Positions 44,358-54,725 are shown, numbered from the stretch's first letter. The stretch: DNA of 64,000 nt from an uncultured Pontibacter sp. (GCF_947499215.1 NZ_CANMNI010000001.1:1319523-1383522), one strand, 5' to 3'. Notes: a model not told the origin generated them from the letters alone. Numbers and translations are program-made.

Positions 44358-45305
44358 ATGCTCCCCAAAGTAAAACGAATGGTGACAGCCCTTGCGCTGA
44401 TCCTAGTGGCGGCCTTTGCCCTTATGATTCGGGCTGATATACCCGCAGCTGAGTTGAAGGCGAAGTACACAACGCCCACCTCTCACTTTATGAAGCTAGG
44501 CGATGCTGAGCTGCATTACCGCGACGAGGGACAAGGTATACCCATTGTGCTGCTGCATGGCACGGCCGCTTCGCTTAACACATGGGATGGCTGGTCTGCC
44601 GAACTCAGCAGGCAATACCGGGTGCTGCGGCTTGACCTGCCCGGCTTTGGCCTCACCGGCCCCAATGCCTCTGGCTCCTATTCCATCGACTACTACAGCA
44701 AACTATTGCATCAGTTTCTAGACAGCTTGGGTATAGACCAAGCCCACATAGGCGGCAGCTCCCTTGGCGGTCAGATTGCCTACGACTTTGCCGCCTCTTA
44801 TCCGGAGCGGGTGCATAAACTGATATTGGTTTCCCCTACTGGTGTCACCAATGCCAACGACAAGCGCATCACGTTGCCTTTCAGAATGGCGCAGACGCCG
44901 CTGCTCAAACACTCCGTGAAATACGTCACCCCGCGGTTTATTGTGGAGCAGAGTCTAAAAGAAGTATATGGCGATGACAGCCGGCTAAAACCCGAAACCA
45001 TCAGCCTAAGCCATGACCTGTTGCTGCGCGAGGGCAACCGCAATGCCTTTGTCGCCCGCCTGAACACCGTGGACAACGACAACCTGCACAAGTTGGCGCA
45101 GGTACAAGCGCCTACGCTCATTCTTTGGGGTGAGGCCGATGCTTGGGTGCCTGTTACAGATGCGAGCCGTTTTCAGAAAGGTATAAAAGGATCTCAACTC
45201 AGGCTATATGCGGGCGCAGGTCACATCCCCATGGAAGAACAGGCAGCGGAAACCGTACAAGACGTAATGGCTTTCCTGAGCCAAGAAGTCGCTCTGCTGG
45301 ATTAG
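44358..45305 (+). CDS. alpha/beta hydrolase
   Basis: 315-aa ORF with the HG oxyanion motif (LLHGTAAS), nucleophile elbow GSSLGG and C-terminal GH. Confidence 0.85.
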   Translation: MLPKVKRMVTALALILVAAFALMIRADIPAAELKAKYTTPTSHFMKLGDAELHYRDEGQGIPIVLLHGTAASLNTWDGWSAELSRQYRVLRLDLPGFGLTGPNASGSYSIDYYSKLLHQFLDSLGIDQAHIGGSSLGGQIAYDFAASYPERVHKLILVSPTGVTNANDKRITLPFRMAQTPLLKHSVKYVTPRFIVEQSLKEVYGDDSRLKPETISLSHDLLLREGNRNAFVARLNTVDNDNLHKLAQVQAPTLILWGEADAWVPVTDASRFQKGIKGSQLRLYAGAGHIPMEEQAAETVQDVMAFLSQEVALLD

Positions 45306-45361
45306 TTGAAAAGCCGTAGCTTTGCAGCTGAAACCGGGTCTGTACCGGAGAAGCAAAGCCT

Positions 45362-46015
45362 ATGAGCACCGTTTATTTTATCAGTGGCCTTGGTGCCGAT
45401 GAGCGCATGTTCCAGTTTCTGCACCTCAAGTGTAAGAACAGAGTATATGTGCAGTGGATTCAGCCCCATGAAGACGAACCGCTGCATGCATATGCCGTCC
45501 GGCTGGCCGAACAGATAAAAGAGCCGAACCCGGTGTTGGTGGGTATGTCGTTTGGAGGCGTGGTGGCCATAGAACTGGCCAAATTCCTGCACCCACGCAA
45601 GACCATACTCATCTCCAGCATCGCCAGCAGCAAGATTCTGCCTTGGTATTATCGCCTGATGGGTTTCTTGAGACTGCATCGTGTCATACCGGTTCCGCTG
45701 CTCAAGCGCTTTCATTTTGTAGGCCCTATCCTGTTTGGAGCCAGTACAAAAGCCGAAAAAGCACTTCTCAAACAGGTAATCCTCGAAACGGACCCGCATT
45801 TCCTGCGCTGGGCCGTGGGGCAATTGCTTAACTGGCATCAACCCGACCATTACGAAAACGCTATGATGATACACGGCACGGCCGACCGCATCCTGCCCAT
45901 GGGCACCTACCCGGGCATCATCAAGATAAAAAGGGCCGGCCACCTCATGGTTTTAAGCCACGCTTCAGAGATAAGTGCTATCTTAGATAAGATTTTAGAA
46001 GATTGCGACACATGA
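45362..46015 (+). CDS. alpha/beta hydrolase (small)
   Basis: 217-aa ORF with ISGLGADERMF and nucleophile elbow GMSFGG. Preferred over the antisense ORF 45302-45943. Confidence 0.75.
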   Translation: MSTVYFISGLGADERMFQFLHLKCKNRVYVQWIQPHEDEPLHAYAVRLAEQIKEPNPVLVGMSFGGVVAIELAKFLHPRKTILISSIASSKILPWYYRLMGFLRLHRVIPVPLLKRFHFVGPILFGASTKAEKALLKQVILETDPHFLRWAVGQLLNWHQPDHYENAMMIHGTADRILPMGTYPGIIKIKRAGHLMVLSHASEISAILDKILEDCDT

Positions 46016-46269
46016 CAACAGATAAGAAAAGATTCATCATCAAGACGCCGGAGGGCAAAACGGCCGACCTTACCCATGCCACCACACTGAAGAGCAATAA
46101 CCTCTACCCTTTCGGTCGACACAATTACTCCATCTACGAAAGCCCCGAAGGTGTTTTCGTGCGCGGCTATAACAATGGCGAGCGGGAGATCATGCTGACC
46201 AGCTTTGAGATAATAGACGAGGCTACGGCCCGTAATTACAAGCACACCTATACCCGGGAGGACGACTAG
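46012..46269 (+). CDS. hypothetical 85-aa protein
   Basis: ATG at 46012 overlaps the upstream stop (ATGA). The next gene starts 2 nt after its stop, which fits an operon. Confidence 0.5.
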   Translation: MTTDKKRFIIKTPEGKTADLTHATTLKSNNLYPFGRHNYSIYESPEGVFVRGYNNGEREIMLTSFEIIDEATARNYKHTYTREDD

Positions 46270-46271
46270 TC

Positions 46272-47411
46272 ATGGAATTGAGTTTCTGGGAAAAGGAGTC
46301 GTATTTCGGAAACATCGACGTGCTTATTGTGGGCAGCGGCATCGTAGGCCTAAATGCGGCGCTATACCTGAAAACCAAACAGCCCAGCCTGAAGGTAATG
46401 GTGGCGGAGAGAGGACTGCTACCAACCGGAGCCAGCACCCGCAATGCCGGCTTTGCCTGTTTCGGCAGCCCCTCTGAACTGCTCGACGACCTGAGTCACC
46501 ACAGTGAAAGCGATGTGTTTGCGCTGGTGGAGCGTCGCTGGCGAGGTCTGCAGCGCCTGCGCCAAAACCTCGGCGACAAAGCCATCGACTTCCACCGCTG
46601 GGGCGGCTACGAGCTTTTTGAGGAGAGTCAACAGCCCTTGTACGATGCCTGCCTTGAGCAACTGCCCTACCTAAACACACAGCTAAAGCAAGTGACCGGC
46701 GAACAGGACGTATACCGTCTGGCTGATCTTAAAATAAAGGAATTTGGTTTCCGGCACGTATCCCACCTGATCGAGAGCACCGCCGAAGGGCAGATCGACA
46801 CTGGCAAGATGATTTTGGCCCTTACGCAAAAGGTGCAGGCCTTGGGTGTGTTTGTTTTGAACGGGCTGGAGATCGAAACGCTGCAGGAAGAGAGCCAAGG
46901 TATAACTGCCCTCACCAAACAAGGCATCGCCATACCTGCCCGTGCCGCACTAGTGGCCACCAACGGTTTCGCAAGGCAATTGCTGCCTCAGTTGCAGGTA
47001 GCGCCAGCCCGTGCGCAGGTGCTCATCACCAAGCCTATACCTGATCTCCGCTTCAAAGGCACTTTCCATTACGACAAGGGCTTTTATTATTTCCGCAACA
47101 TCGGCAACCGGGTACTGTTCGGTGGCGGCCGCAACCTCGATTTCAAAACAGAAGAGACTACCCAGATGGGCCTAACGGATTTGGTGCAGCACAAACTCGA
47201 CGAGCTGTTGCGCGAAGTCATCTTGCCCGACACGCCTTATGAAGTAGAGCAGCGCTGGAGCGGCATTATGGGTGTTGGCCCTGAAAAGACAACCATCATC
47301 CAGCCAGTATCGGAGCACGTGTGTTGCGCTGTGCGTATGGGAGGTATGGGTGTGGCTATCGGTTCGCTGGTAGGTGAAGATGGGGCTGAGCTCGTGCTGG
47401 AGCGGCTTTAG
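46272..47411 (+). CDS. FAD-dependent oxidoreductase (DAO family)
   Basis: 379-aa ORF with the VLIVGSGIVGLNAA dinucleotide-binding motif. Confidence 0.85.
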   Translation: MELSFWEKESYFGNIDVLIVGSGIVGLNAALYLKTKQPSLKVMVAERGLLPTGASTRNAGFACFGSPSELLDDLSHHSESDVFALVERRWRGLQRLRQNLGDKAIDFHRWGGYELFEESQQPLYDACLEQLPYLNTQLKQVTGEQDVYRLADLKIKEFGFRHVSHLIESTAEGQIDTGKMILALTQKVQALGVFVLNGLEIETLQEESQGITALTKQGIAIPARAALVATNGFARQLLPQLQVAPARAQVLITKPIPDLRFKGTFHYDKGFYYFRNIGNRVLFGGGRNLDFKTEETTQMGLTDLVQHKLDELLREVILPDTPYEVEQRWSGIMGVGPEKTTIIQPVSEHVCCAVRMGGMGVAIGSLVGEDGAELVLERL

Positions 47412-47484
47412 AAAAAAAAGTAAAAGCTATCCGGTTTGTCCCAAGGTATACGAGGCATAAGCCCGCAACCAACTTGACAAAAAT

Positions 47485-47519
47485 AAAAAAGGTAAACCTT
47501 GAGCGGGTTTACCTTTTTT
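47485..47519. terminator. bidirectional rho-independent terminator
   Basis: aaaaaaggtaaacc...ggtttacctttttt, between convergent genes. Confidence 0.8.
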
Positions 47520-47540
47520 ATTTACTATAATCAGTAGAAT

Positions 47541-47762
47541 CTACATTCGCATCCATTGAGTCGGGTTCGTTTGGGTAGGGATCATTAGAGGTCTAGAGGC
47601 TTCTTTCTCTGCCCTAAAGAATTCTTGGTACTCTTCTTCGCTCATTTCCTCACGAAGGGCAATGTGGAACTTGGCCAGTTCTGGGTACAGTTGATTGCGC
47701 TCTTGGCGTTCCTGTGGGCTGTTTCGGTTAAAATCGTAAAAGGATTTCACTAAATTTTTCAT
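47541..47762 (-). CDS. hypothetical 73-aa protein
   Basis: ORF with balanced composition, bracketed by terminators. Confidence 0.5.
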   Translation of the reverse strand: MKNLVKSFYDFNRNSPQERQERNQLYPELAKFHIALREEMSEEEYQEFFRAEKEASRPLMIPTQTNPTQWMRM

Positions 47763-47905
47763 AATTAAATATTTGATTTAAAGTGAGTTGGAAAACAGTT
47801 TTACTCCTAGGCCGCTTTTTAAGTTGTCTATATTTAGAAGCAATTTTCCACATTCTGCCCTCAGTGCAGTCAGACAAACCATAGGCGACGGATTTGCATT
47901 AAAAT

Positions 47906-47939
47906 AAAAAGGCCCAACCAAACGGCTGGGCCTTTTTTT
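47906..47939 (-). terminator. rho-independent terminator
   Basis: aaaaaggccca...tgggccttttttt, 3' of the 170-aa gene. Confidence 0.75.
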
Positions 47940-47956
47940 ATCAGTTTGTTAGATAC

Positions 47957-48469
47957 TTATCTGATGATCTGGAGAAAGATCGGAGTAAAAACTGCCACCA
48001 TGACAGCGGCTTGGCTATCAGCCAGCGTTTTGAAGTAAAGCCCTGTAGCCACAAGTAGCAGCTTGGTCAGTTCAGGGATTTCACTATGTATGGCGATGTT
48101 TCCTTTTGTGCCACCAAAGTTGCTTGGGTCGAAATTGATCACGGTGTTGCCAGCTGCATCCACCAAGGCTCTGCTGCTGCCAAACGCCTTACTTTCCAGT
48201 GCAAATCTTTCGCCTGTTACCAGTGTGGTCGTGGTCTTGCCAAAGCCGGATGTTTTACTCATGCCCACTACTTCGCCCTTAAAGCTGATGGTAACTTCAT
48301 GCTCCAGCCAGCCCTGTCTTCGAAAAGCAAGATTGATTCGCTCGGAGCTAAAATCTGCATCAAAGCTTGTCCAACCTTTAAAGTCCAGCCTGCCGACCAG
48401 CCCATTGTTTCCGCTCACTGTATACTTTCGCGCCGTGAACCCTTCCTGCTTCCAAGTCAGTATCTCCAT
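47957..48469 (-). CDS. hypothetical protein with C-terminal membrane helices
   Basis: 170-aa ORF. Preferred over the two low-complexity antisense ORFs (48063-48580). Confidence 0.55.
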   Translation of the reverse strand: MEILTWKQEGFTARKYTVSGNNGLVGRLDFKGWTSFDADFSSERINLAFRRQGWLEHEVTISFKGEVVGMSKTSGFGKTTTTLVTGERFALESKAFGSSRALVDAAGNTVINFDPSNFGGTKGNIAIHSEIPELTKLLLVATGLYFKTLADSQAAVMVAVFTPIFLQIIR

Positions 48470-48479
48470 TTTTTCTTTT

Positions 48480-50147
48480 TTATCTCAGTCCGAGCACATC
48501 CACGCCCTGCTCAAAAACGACATCCACAGGTATGTTCTTCTGGCTCAGCATATCGAGGTCTGCCTGTAGTTCGGCACTGATCTGGCCCTGCTCATTCAGC
48601 AATTTGCCCACGCCAGCATAGTCGCCATTACCCTGCAGCGTCAGGATCAGTTCAGACAGCTTGTCCATGGCCTCTCCCATTTTCACATAGTTCACGCGGT
48701 ACTTGCCGGTCTGTGCATCACGTTCAAAGGCACCATTCTCTTTAAAGAAGTTGAAGCGCACCATATTAGCCTTGCCATGTGCACTGGCTGCCCCGAAACG
48801 TACCGAGCGGAAAATGCCCGCCATAAAGGTCGTGTAGTAATCTTCGAGGCTGCCACTCACTTCGCCTTTCTTGTGCAGCTGCGTGATCATGTAAAGCCCC
48901 AAGATATCGGCCTTTCCTTCTTCTAATGCGGAAGCGTGCTCTTTCAGCGTCTCCCGCACCGTGCCTTTGCCATTGATGGTGTTTTTGATGCCCAGTCCGT
49001 GTGCTACTTCGTGAAACATGGTGTTGGCAAAGAAGGCATCGAAGGTGATATGTTGTTTTTGATCATCGGCAATCAGCTCCTCGGCGATCGGCAGCATGAT
49101 TTTGTCGAACTTAGCCTGCATGGCGTTTTTGAGTTGCAGACGGCGTGTGCCTTTCTTCAGCTGCACCTCCTCGTCGTTTGGCAGGTTGATGGCGATGGTC
49201 TTGCTGCCCGCGTTACAGTCGCCGGCGTAATACACCACGTCATAGGCGTTCAGGTCGGAGTCGGTGCCGGGGGTTTCTTTTTTGTAGTTGGGCGCCACCG
49301 GCAGTCCGCGCTGCAGTTCCGGCAAAAAGGCCGCATACTTCTCGAGGCGCTTGCTCCAGTCCATGTCCTTAATCAACACATAGGCTTCGTGCGCGGCTTT
49401 GTAACCGAACAGCTTATCCTCGTAGGTTTCGATCGGACCAATTACCACATCGATGCGGTTGTTCTTCATGTCCATCCAAGCCAAATCGCTAGGCTGGTAG
49501 TTGTCTTTGAGCATGGCATCTGCACGCAGGGTCAGGTACTTCTTCAGCCCCGGCTCCTCGGCTAGGTTAGCAGCCTGACGCAACAGGTCAGAAGCTCGCT
49601 TCACCTGCTCCTTAAACTGCACGTGGTAAGGCACCGTAATCAGCTGGCCGTTGGCATCACGGCGCAGGAAGGTATACTGGCTGGCCTTGTCTTTCAGATT
49701 GGCTTTTTCAAACTCCTCCTTCGTCATATCGTGCGGGTAGAAGTTGGCCGCATCGGGTTTCGGCCCCACCCCGGGTATAAAAGGCTCATTATTATTCAGT
49801 CGGTCCCAAGGGCCGTAGTTGATCATCACAAATTGCTTTGCGGCATCGTCTGTCAGCGCGTTCAGCAGCGAGTCTTTCTTACCGTAGGCTTCATACCAGA
49901 ACAGCTCGTCCATGATGTTGCCGGCCTCGATCAGCAGCGGAATCATCTGGCGTTCTTTTTCGCTGAGCGAGCTCATGTCAGCAGTTAGGCGCACTGTGGT
50001 GTACATACCCAGTTTTTGCTGCAGGTCAGTTGCAGCGGCGTCGGTTTGCACGGTTTCGGAGGTTTGCGCGTCGTTGGTGGTGCTGCCCGTGCAGGCGGCC
50101 ATCATGGCAGCCACGGAAGCAGCCAGTATCAGGTGGCGTGATTTCAT
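48480..50147 (-). CDS. DPP3-like (M49-related) zinc hydrolase, lipoprotein
   Basis: 555-aa ORF with signal plus Cys (MMAAC), an HEVAHGLG zinc motif and downstream LEEGKADILG, resembling the second M49 motif. Confidence 0.75.
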   Translation of the reverse strand: MKSRHLILAASVAAMMAACTGSTTNDAQTSETVQTDAAATDLQQKLGMYTTVRLTADMSSLSEKERQMIPLLIEAGNIMDELFWYEAYGKKDSLLNALTDDAAKQFVMINYGPWDRLNNNEPFIPGVGPKPDAANFYPHDMTKEEFEKANLKDKASQYTFLRRDANGQLITVPYHVQFKEQVKRASDLLRQAANLAEEPGLKKYLTLRADAMLKDNYQPSDLAWMDMKNNRIDVVIGPIETYEDKLFGYKAAHEAYVLIKDMDWSKRLEKYAAFLPELQRGLPVAPNYKKETPGTDSDLNAYDVVYYAGDCNAGSKTIAINLPNDEEVQLKKGTRRLQLKNAMQAKFDKIMLPIAEELIADDQKQHITFDAFFANTMFHEVAHGLGIKNTINGKGTVRETLKEHASALEEGKADILGLYMITQLHKKGEVSGSLEDYYTTFMAGIFRSVRFGAASAHGKANMVRFNFFKENGAFERDAQTGKYRVNYVKMGEAMDKLSELILTLQGNGDYAGVGKLLNEQGQISAELQADLDMLSQKNIPVDVVFEQGVDVLGLR

Positions 50148-50202
50148 GTTTGTATAAGGTTAGTTTTATTTTTCAAGAGAAAGATACAGGATTTGAGCTA
50201 AA

Positions 50203-50238
50203 AGAAAAAGCCGCCGCCCCTGAACGGGGCAACGGCTT
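50203..50238 (-). terminator. rho-independent terminator (homologous to the one at 54726-54763)
   Basis: aaaaagccgccgcccc-tgaa-cggggcaacggctt, with the T-run on the minus strand. Confidence 0.75.
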
Positions 50239-50262
50239 ATACCGATTCGTACTACTACACAC

Positions 50263-51006
50263 CTAGTAGAGCCACTCCGCAATCTCCCGCTTAATCTGTT
50301 CGCGATAAGTACTCCCAATCAGAATCTCTTCGTCCAGTTCTGTCTCAATCATGTTGCCGTTTATCGCCCTGATGGCGGATTTGCGGACGATATAAGAGCG
50401 ACTCACCCGCAGAAATTGCGTGGCAGGCAGCTTCTCCTCTATTTTAGCCATGGTCATGTGCGTCAGTATTTTCTGGTTGGGCAGGTATAGCTGGATGTAG
50501 TCTTTCATGCCTTTCACCAAAATCAATTCTTCTGTGTTGATTTGAACGAGTTTCTTATCCTGCTTTACCCAGAAGTTTTGTTGGTCGCCTCTGTTTTTCG
50601 AGTGTTCGTTTTCAGCTGGACTGTTGACAGCTCGCTGCATCCTAACCTGCTCATCCACCTTGTGCACTGCTTTCAGAAACCGCTCAAACGAGATCGGTTT
50701 GAGCAAGTAGTCAGCCACCGCCAGTTCATAGCCGTCCAAGGCGTAATCAGGGTAGGCGGTAGTCAGGATAACTTGCATCTGGTGCGCCTGCGTCAGATGC
50801 AGCATTTCCAGCCCAGTCATTTCGGGCATGTTGATGTCCAGAAATATCAGGTCGGGCTGCTGTTCGCGAATGGTGACGAGTGCCTCGATGGCGTTGTCGC
50901 AGACGGCTGCCAGTTGCAGAAAAGGCACCCGCGCCACATACTTGGCTATAATTTCCTGTGCGATAGGCTCGTCATCGATAATAACGCAGCGTAGGGGCTT
51001 AGTCAT
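50263..51006 (-). CDS. LytR/AlgR-family response regulator (REC + LytTR DNA-binding domain)
   Basis: 247-aa ORF with receiver motifs (IIDDE, LIFLDINMP) and a C-terminal LytTR-like FLRVSRSYIV. Confidence 0.9.
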   Translation of the reverse strand: MTKPLRCVIIDDEPIAQEIIAKYVARVPFLQLAAVCDNAIEALVTIREQQPDLIFLDINMPEMTGLEMLHLTQAHQMQVILTTAYPDYALDGYELAVADYLLKPISFERFLKAVHKVDEQVRMQRAVNSPAENEHSKNRGDQQNFWVKQDKKLVQINTEELILVKGMKDYIQLYLPNQKILTHMTMAKIEEKLPATQFLRVSRSYIVRKSAIRAINGNMIETELDEEILIGSTYREQIKREIAEWLY

Positions 51007-52099
51007 GGGTTTGAAGCTTTAGGCTGACCTTATAGGAGTCGGCTGTTTCAGTAATGGACAGTTGGTGCTTTTCGGGATAAAGCAGGGCAAGGCGTCGCTT
51101 CGTGTTCTCTATACCTATACCTGCGGTTGCAGGGCGCTCTTTATTGGTAGCGGGCTTGCTATTTTCCACTTCAAATAGGATGGTTTGGCGCTCCTGCTTT
51201 AGATGGATGTGCACCCACGCTTTGCCAATGGTAGCGTTAACCCCGTGCTTAAAGGCGTTTTCGACAAAGCTGATGAGCAAAAGCGGCACGATAGGCGTTT
51301 CGCTATTTTCGATGTGCTCGAAATTGTAGCTGATAACCACGCGGGTATTGTGATGGCGAATCTGCTCCAGATTGATGTAGTCGGACAGAAACTCCACTTC
51401 CCTCCCGACAGGTATGCGCTTGCCGCTGCTCTCATACAACGAAAAGCGCAGCAAGTCCGACAGCTTGAGTACCACCTGCCCTGCCCTCTCGTTCTCCATC
51501 ACCATACCGTAAATGTTGTTGAGCGTGTTGAACAGGAAGTGCGGGTGAATCTGCGCTCGAAGGAAGTTCAGCTCCATTTCGGTTTTCTCTTTCTGCAGCA
51601 TTGCGTTTCGTTTGTTGGCTTCGTAGTTTCTTTTGAAGTAGTAAAAGGCAGCGGCGATCACGTTGGGTAGCAAGACGAGCGACAATACCCAAATAAGATT
51701 CATATAGGAAAATATGTCTGCTACCGACCTTAGCTTATTTGCCACAGCGAATTGGGGAAGCCGACCCGTGTCTGGAAAAAGATTTACTAAGGGGTCTAGT
51801 GGCAGTTTAATGACCAATACACTTGCCACATAAGCAGCTAGTAAGACTATTGAAAAAATTACCCAACTTCCAGAACTAATAAGATGTGCGCCAAACCTTA
51901 CCACTGCCAGATGGTTCGCATATACCAGTAAGACAAGTATGGTAGTATAAATTAGGGTGGGCATAACAAAAAATGTTGTCCCAAACATAAAGGCATTCCC
52001 ATTCAGGCAAATCAAAAAAATTAGTCCCCAGACAATGATGTCAAGTGCTTTACCTTTAAGAGAAACCATCCGAACCAAACTTCCAGCCACTGCAGTCAT
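50999..52099 (-). CDS. sensor histidine kinase, LytS/YehU-type (His_kinase PF06580-like)
   Basis: 366-aa ORF with multiple N-terminal transmembrane helices, LRAQIHPHFLFNTLNNI and an N-box ENAFKHG. Overlaps the regulator start by 8 nt. Confidence 0.85.
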   Translation of the reverse strand: MTAVAGSLVRMVSLKGKALDIIVWGLIFLICLNGNAFMFGTTFFVMPTLIYTTILVLLVYANHLAVVRFGAHLISSGSWVIFSIVLLAAYVASVLVIKLPLDPLVNLFPDTGRLPQFAVANKLRSVADIFSYMNLIWVLSLVLLPNVIAAAFYYFKRNYEANKRNAMLQKEKTEMELNFLRAQIHPHFLFNTLNNIYGMVMENERAGQVVLKLSDLLRFSLYESSGKRIPVGREVEFLSDYINLEQIRHHNTRVVISYNFEHIENSETPIVPLLLISFVENAFKHGVNATIGKAWVHIHLKQERQTILFEVENSKPATNKERPATAGIGIENTKRRLALLYPEKHQLSITETADSYKVSLKLQTHD

Positions 52100-52181
52100 A
52101 TAAATGTAAGAGAAGCATATACCTGCAGCTAGGGTAAGCCGCAGGTATAGGTATAAGAAAAGCTAATATAGCGAAAATGGC

Positions 52182-54623
52182 TTAATTGGCTCTATTGACC
52201 ACGTCTTCGTTGCCCAGCTTTTTACTGGCTGCCGACTTCACGGTTTGCTTGCCGAACCTATATACCAATCCCAGCTGCACCCGCCTGGCATCATCATAGC
52301 TCACGGAGCGGGTCTGAATGTTTGAGCTGTTCACCACTCCGCCGTTCACGCTGCCCCTGAACACATCGAGAACCGCCAGGGTATACTGCAGCTGCTTGTT
52401 GAATAAGTTTCCTTTCAGAGCTACGCGGGTATAGTGGTTGCCTACTAATTCAGCTAAGCCATAAGTAAACGGCCCTGTGTAGTTGAAACCAGTTTCCAGT
52501 TTCAGGTCGCGCGGCAGCGAGAAGCTGTTTTGCCATCCTATCGCATGGTAAAAGCTAGTAGGTACAGCCAAGCCGCCAAACTCTTCCTGCTTCATGGCAG
52601 AGGTCATCAAAGCGCCCATACCGAACACACTGCCCGACCACCTGTTGGTCACTTGGTAGCTGTAGTTGACATTGCCCCCGACTGATGTCATGTCGAAGTT
52701 CCTGTTTTTCCAGTGAGCCACCCCGTCCTGGTTAATGGGCAGGTTCAGGAACACGTTCTGCTCCTGCCTGTACTCCAGCTCCACATAGAGGTTGTTTTTG
52801 TAAATGCCGTTCAACGAGAAAGTATGCGTGTACTGCGGCAGCAAAGCGGGGTTTCCTTCTTCTATGGTAAAATCGTCGAGATAAACCCGGTAAGGGGTGA
52901 GCACACTAAAACTTGGTCGCTGCACCGTTTTGCGATAATTCAACGTCATGACCAAATCATCTGTCATGGGGCGGCTCAACATCAGCGTTGGGAAAAAGTC
53001 GGTGAAAGTACGATCAACAGGCTTGCGCTTGTTCACTTTGTCCTCTACTTGCATGGTGGCGTGCTCTACCCGCATACCTGCCCGCAGGGTGGTTTTGCCT
53101 AGCTGTTTGTCCAGCGTGGTGTAGCCTGCCAGAATGTTCTCCGTAAACACGTTCTCAAAGCTAAAAGCTTCGTCGCGGATAAAGCGTCCATCCTGCAAAT
53201 AGTCTTGCGTCGGCTGCGTGCGGTTGCCTGACATGGTCATCTTGCCCCCCGCTGTCACATTCCAGCTGTTCCGAAAAGGGAGCTCCCAATCTATCTGCCC
53301 GACCATGATGTTGGCCCTGCTCTGATTGTCATTTCTCACCCTTCTCAAAGGCCCCAACAAGCTGCCATCAGGACCGTACATGTTTTGCGACAGCATCTCG
53401 TTGGTGGTGTTGCCTTGAATCGGGGTATAGGTGAAGATAAGGTCCAGCGACTTGCCCAGGCTATCGAGCTTCCCCGTGTAGTAAAGGCCGTAAGTCTGTA
53501 CATGCCTAGTGGAATATTCCCGCCCGTCTGCCAGCAAGGTGGAATCTGTTGTACCGTTGAGCTGTTCCACAAAATCAATTCGCTTGCTAAGAGTAGTATT
53601 ATTGTCCACTCTTGTCTGCACATAGTTAGCTTGTATACCCAGCGCGTGCTTATCAGACAGCTTATACTCAAACATACCTCTCACCGAGGGTATGGTGTTA
53701 CTGTACCGAAATAAACCATATTCGTGCAGCACAGGGCCGCTGCCATTTAGGGGCACTCTATAGCCATCGTGCTCGGAGTGTGTCAGTGATTTGTTGTAGT
53801 TCAGGTTGATGTTGCTTACCCATTTTTGCTGGCGGTAGGTAAGCGAGGTGCCTACCAGTCCCCTGCCCCTGATGCCCTGCGACACGGTACTTCTGGCTGA
53901 ACCTGTTATACCTAAGGTGCGGGCTCTCTTGGTAGTGATGCTGATAACGGTACTGATGTTGGCGGGGTAGCGGGAAGATGGATTCGTGATAAAATCAATC
54001 TTCTCGATTTCGTCGCCTGTCATGGTTGCCAGCACAGATTGAAGCGTGGCGCCAGGCATTTGCACTTTATCCAACAGAATCAGAACGCCGCCTTTTCCAT
54101 TTACCGACACGCTCTCGCCCTGCACCTGCACAAAGGGCATGGCCCTAAAAATATCCAGCAAGTTATCGCTCTGAAATGTGCTCGCTTCTACGTTCAAGGT
54201 ATAGCGGTCGGGGCTGCGCTCCACCACCTGCCGTTGCGCCTGTATCAGCACTTCGCCTAACTGGTTTGTGTTTCGCTGCAGCTGCAAAACGCCAATATCA
54301 GGTGCAGGTTGCTCCGCCTGTATGCGGACCGTTTCAGAATAAGCTGGCTGAAAACCAACATACCTTACCGCTACAAGATACTCTCCATAAGGTAGGTTCT
54401 CGAATACAAATAGTCCGCGCTCGTCAGTTACTTTGCCCTTTACCAAGCTGCTGTCTGTTGCTGTCAATAGGGTTACGGTGGCAAAGGGGGCTGCATTAGC
54501 AGCGTCTTCTTTCACTGTGCCGCTTATCTTACCTTGCGCCAACACAGGTATAGCTGTCACAAGTGACAGGCAGATGCAGACGAGAAGAAAAATCAGGTGT
54601 TTGGGAGAAAAGGTCTGTTCCAT
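52182..54623 (-). CDS. outer-membrane beta-barrel protein (TonB-dependent-receptor-like, N-terminal CarboxypepD_reg domain)
   Basis: 813-aa ORF with a signal peptide, GKISGTVKE...PFATVTLL carboxypeptidase-regulatory-like fold, a plug-like region and a long beta-barrel ending ...YRFG. Confidence 0.85.
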   Translation of the reverse strand: MEQTFSPKHLIFLLVCICLSLVTAIPVLAQGKISGTVKEDAANAAPFATVTLLTATDSSLVKGKVTDERGLFVFENLPYGEYLVAVRYVGFQPAYSETVRIQAEQPAPDIGVLQLQRNTNQLGEVLIQAQRQVVERSPDRYTLNVEASTFQSDNLLDIFRAMPFVQVQGESVSVNGKGGVLILLDKVQMPGATLQSVLATMTGDEIEKIDFITNPSSRYPANISTVISITTKRARTLGITGSARSTVSQGIRGRGLVGTSLTYRQQKWVSNINLNYNKSLTHSEHDGYRVPLNGSGPVLHEYGLFRYSNTIPSVRGMFEYKLSDKHALGIQANYVQTRVDNNTTLSKRIDFVEQLNGTTDSTLLADGREYSTRHVQTYGLYYTGKLDSLGKSLDLIFTYTPIQGNTTNEMLSQNMYGPDGSLLGPLRRVRNDNQSRANIMVGQIDWELPFRNSWNVTAGGKMTMSGNRTQPTQDYLQDGRFIRDEAFSFENVFTENILAGYTTLDKQLGKTTLRAGMRVEHATMQVEDKVNKRKPVDRTFTDFFPTLMLSRPMTDDLVMTLNYRKTVQRPSFSVLTPYRVYLDDFTIEEGNPALLPQYTHTFSLNGIYKNNLYVELEYRQEQNVFLNLPINQDGVAHWKNRNFDMTSVGGNVNYSYQVTNRWSGSVFGMGALMTSAMKQEEFGGLAVPTSFYHAIGWQNSFSLPRDLKLETGFNYTGPFTYGLAELVGNHYTRVALKGNLFNKQLQYTLAVLDVFRGSVNGGVVNSSNIQTRSVSYDDARRVQLGLVYRFGKQTVKSAASKKLGNEDVVNRAN

Positions 54624-54725
54624 AAGCTATTAGTTAATTCACAGACCAAGTAAGCTTCCTGCCAAACTTTATTCGATTTTATTCGACGAAAGCGGCTTCA
54701 GCTTCGACGTTGAATAGCCTTTTCA

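Noticed and set aside
45302-45943. 213-aa minus-strand ORF antisense to the small alpha/beta hydrolase.
   Set aside because: The plus-strand frame has the GxSxG nucleophile elbow and is translationally linked to downstream genes. The antisense product has no motif.
48063-48580. Two overlapping plus-strand ORFs (168 and 164 aa).
   Set aside because: They have low-complexity Ser/Leu/Pro-rich or Cys/Ala-rich translations. Terminator orientation at 47906-47939 and the better-looking 170-aa protein support the minus strand.
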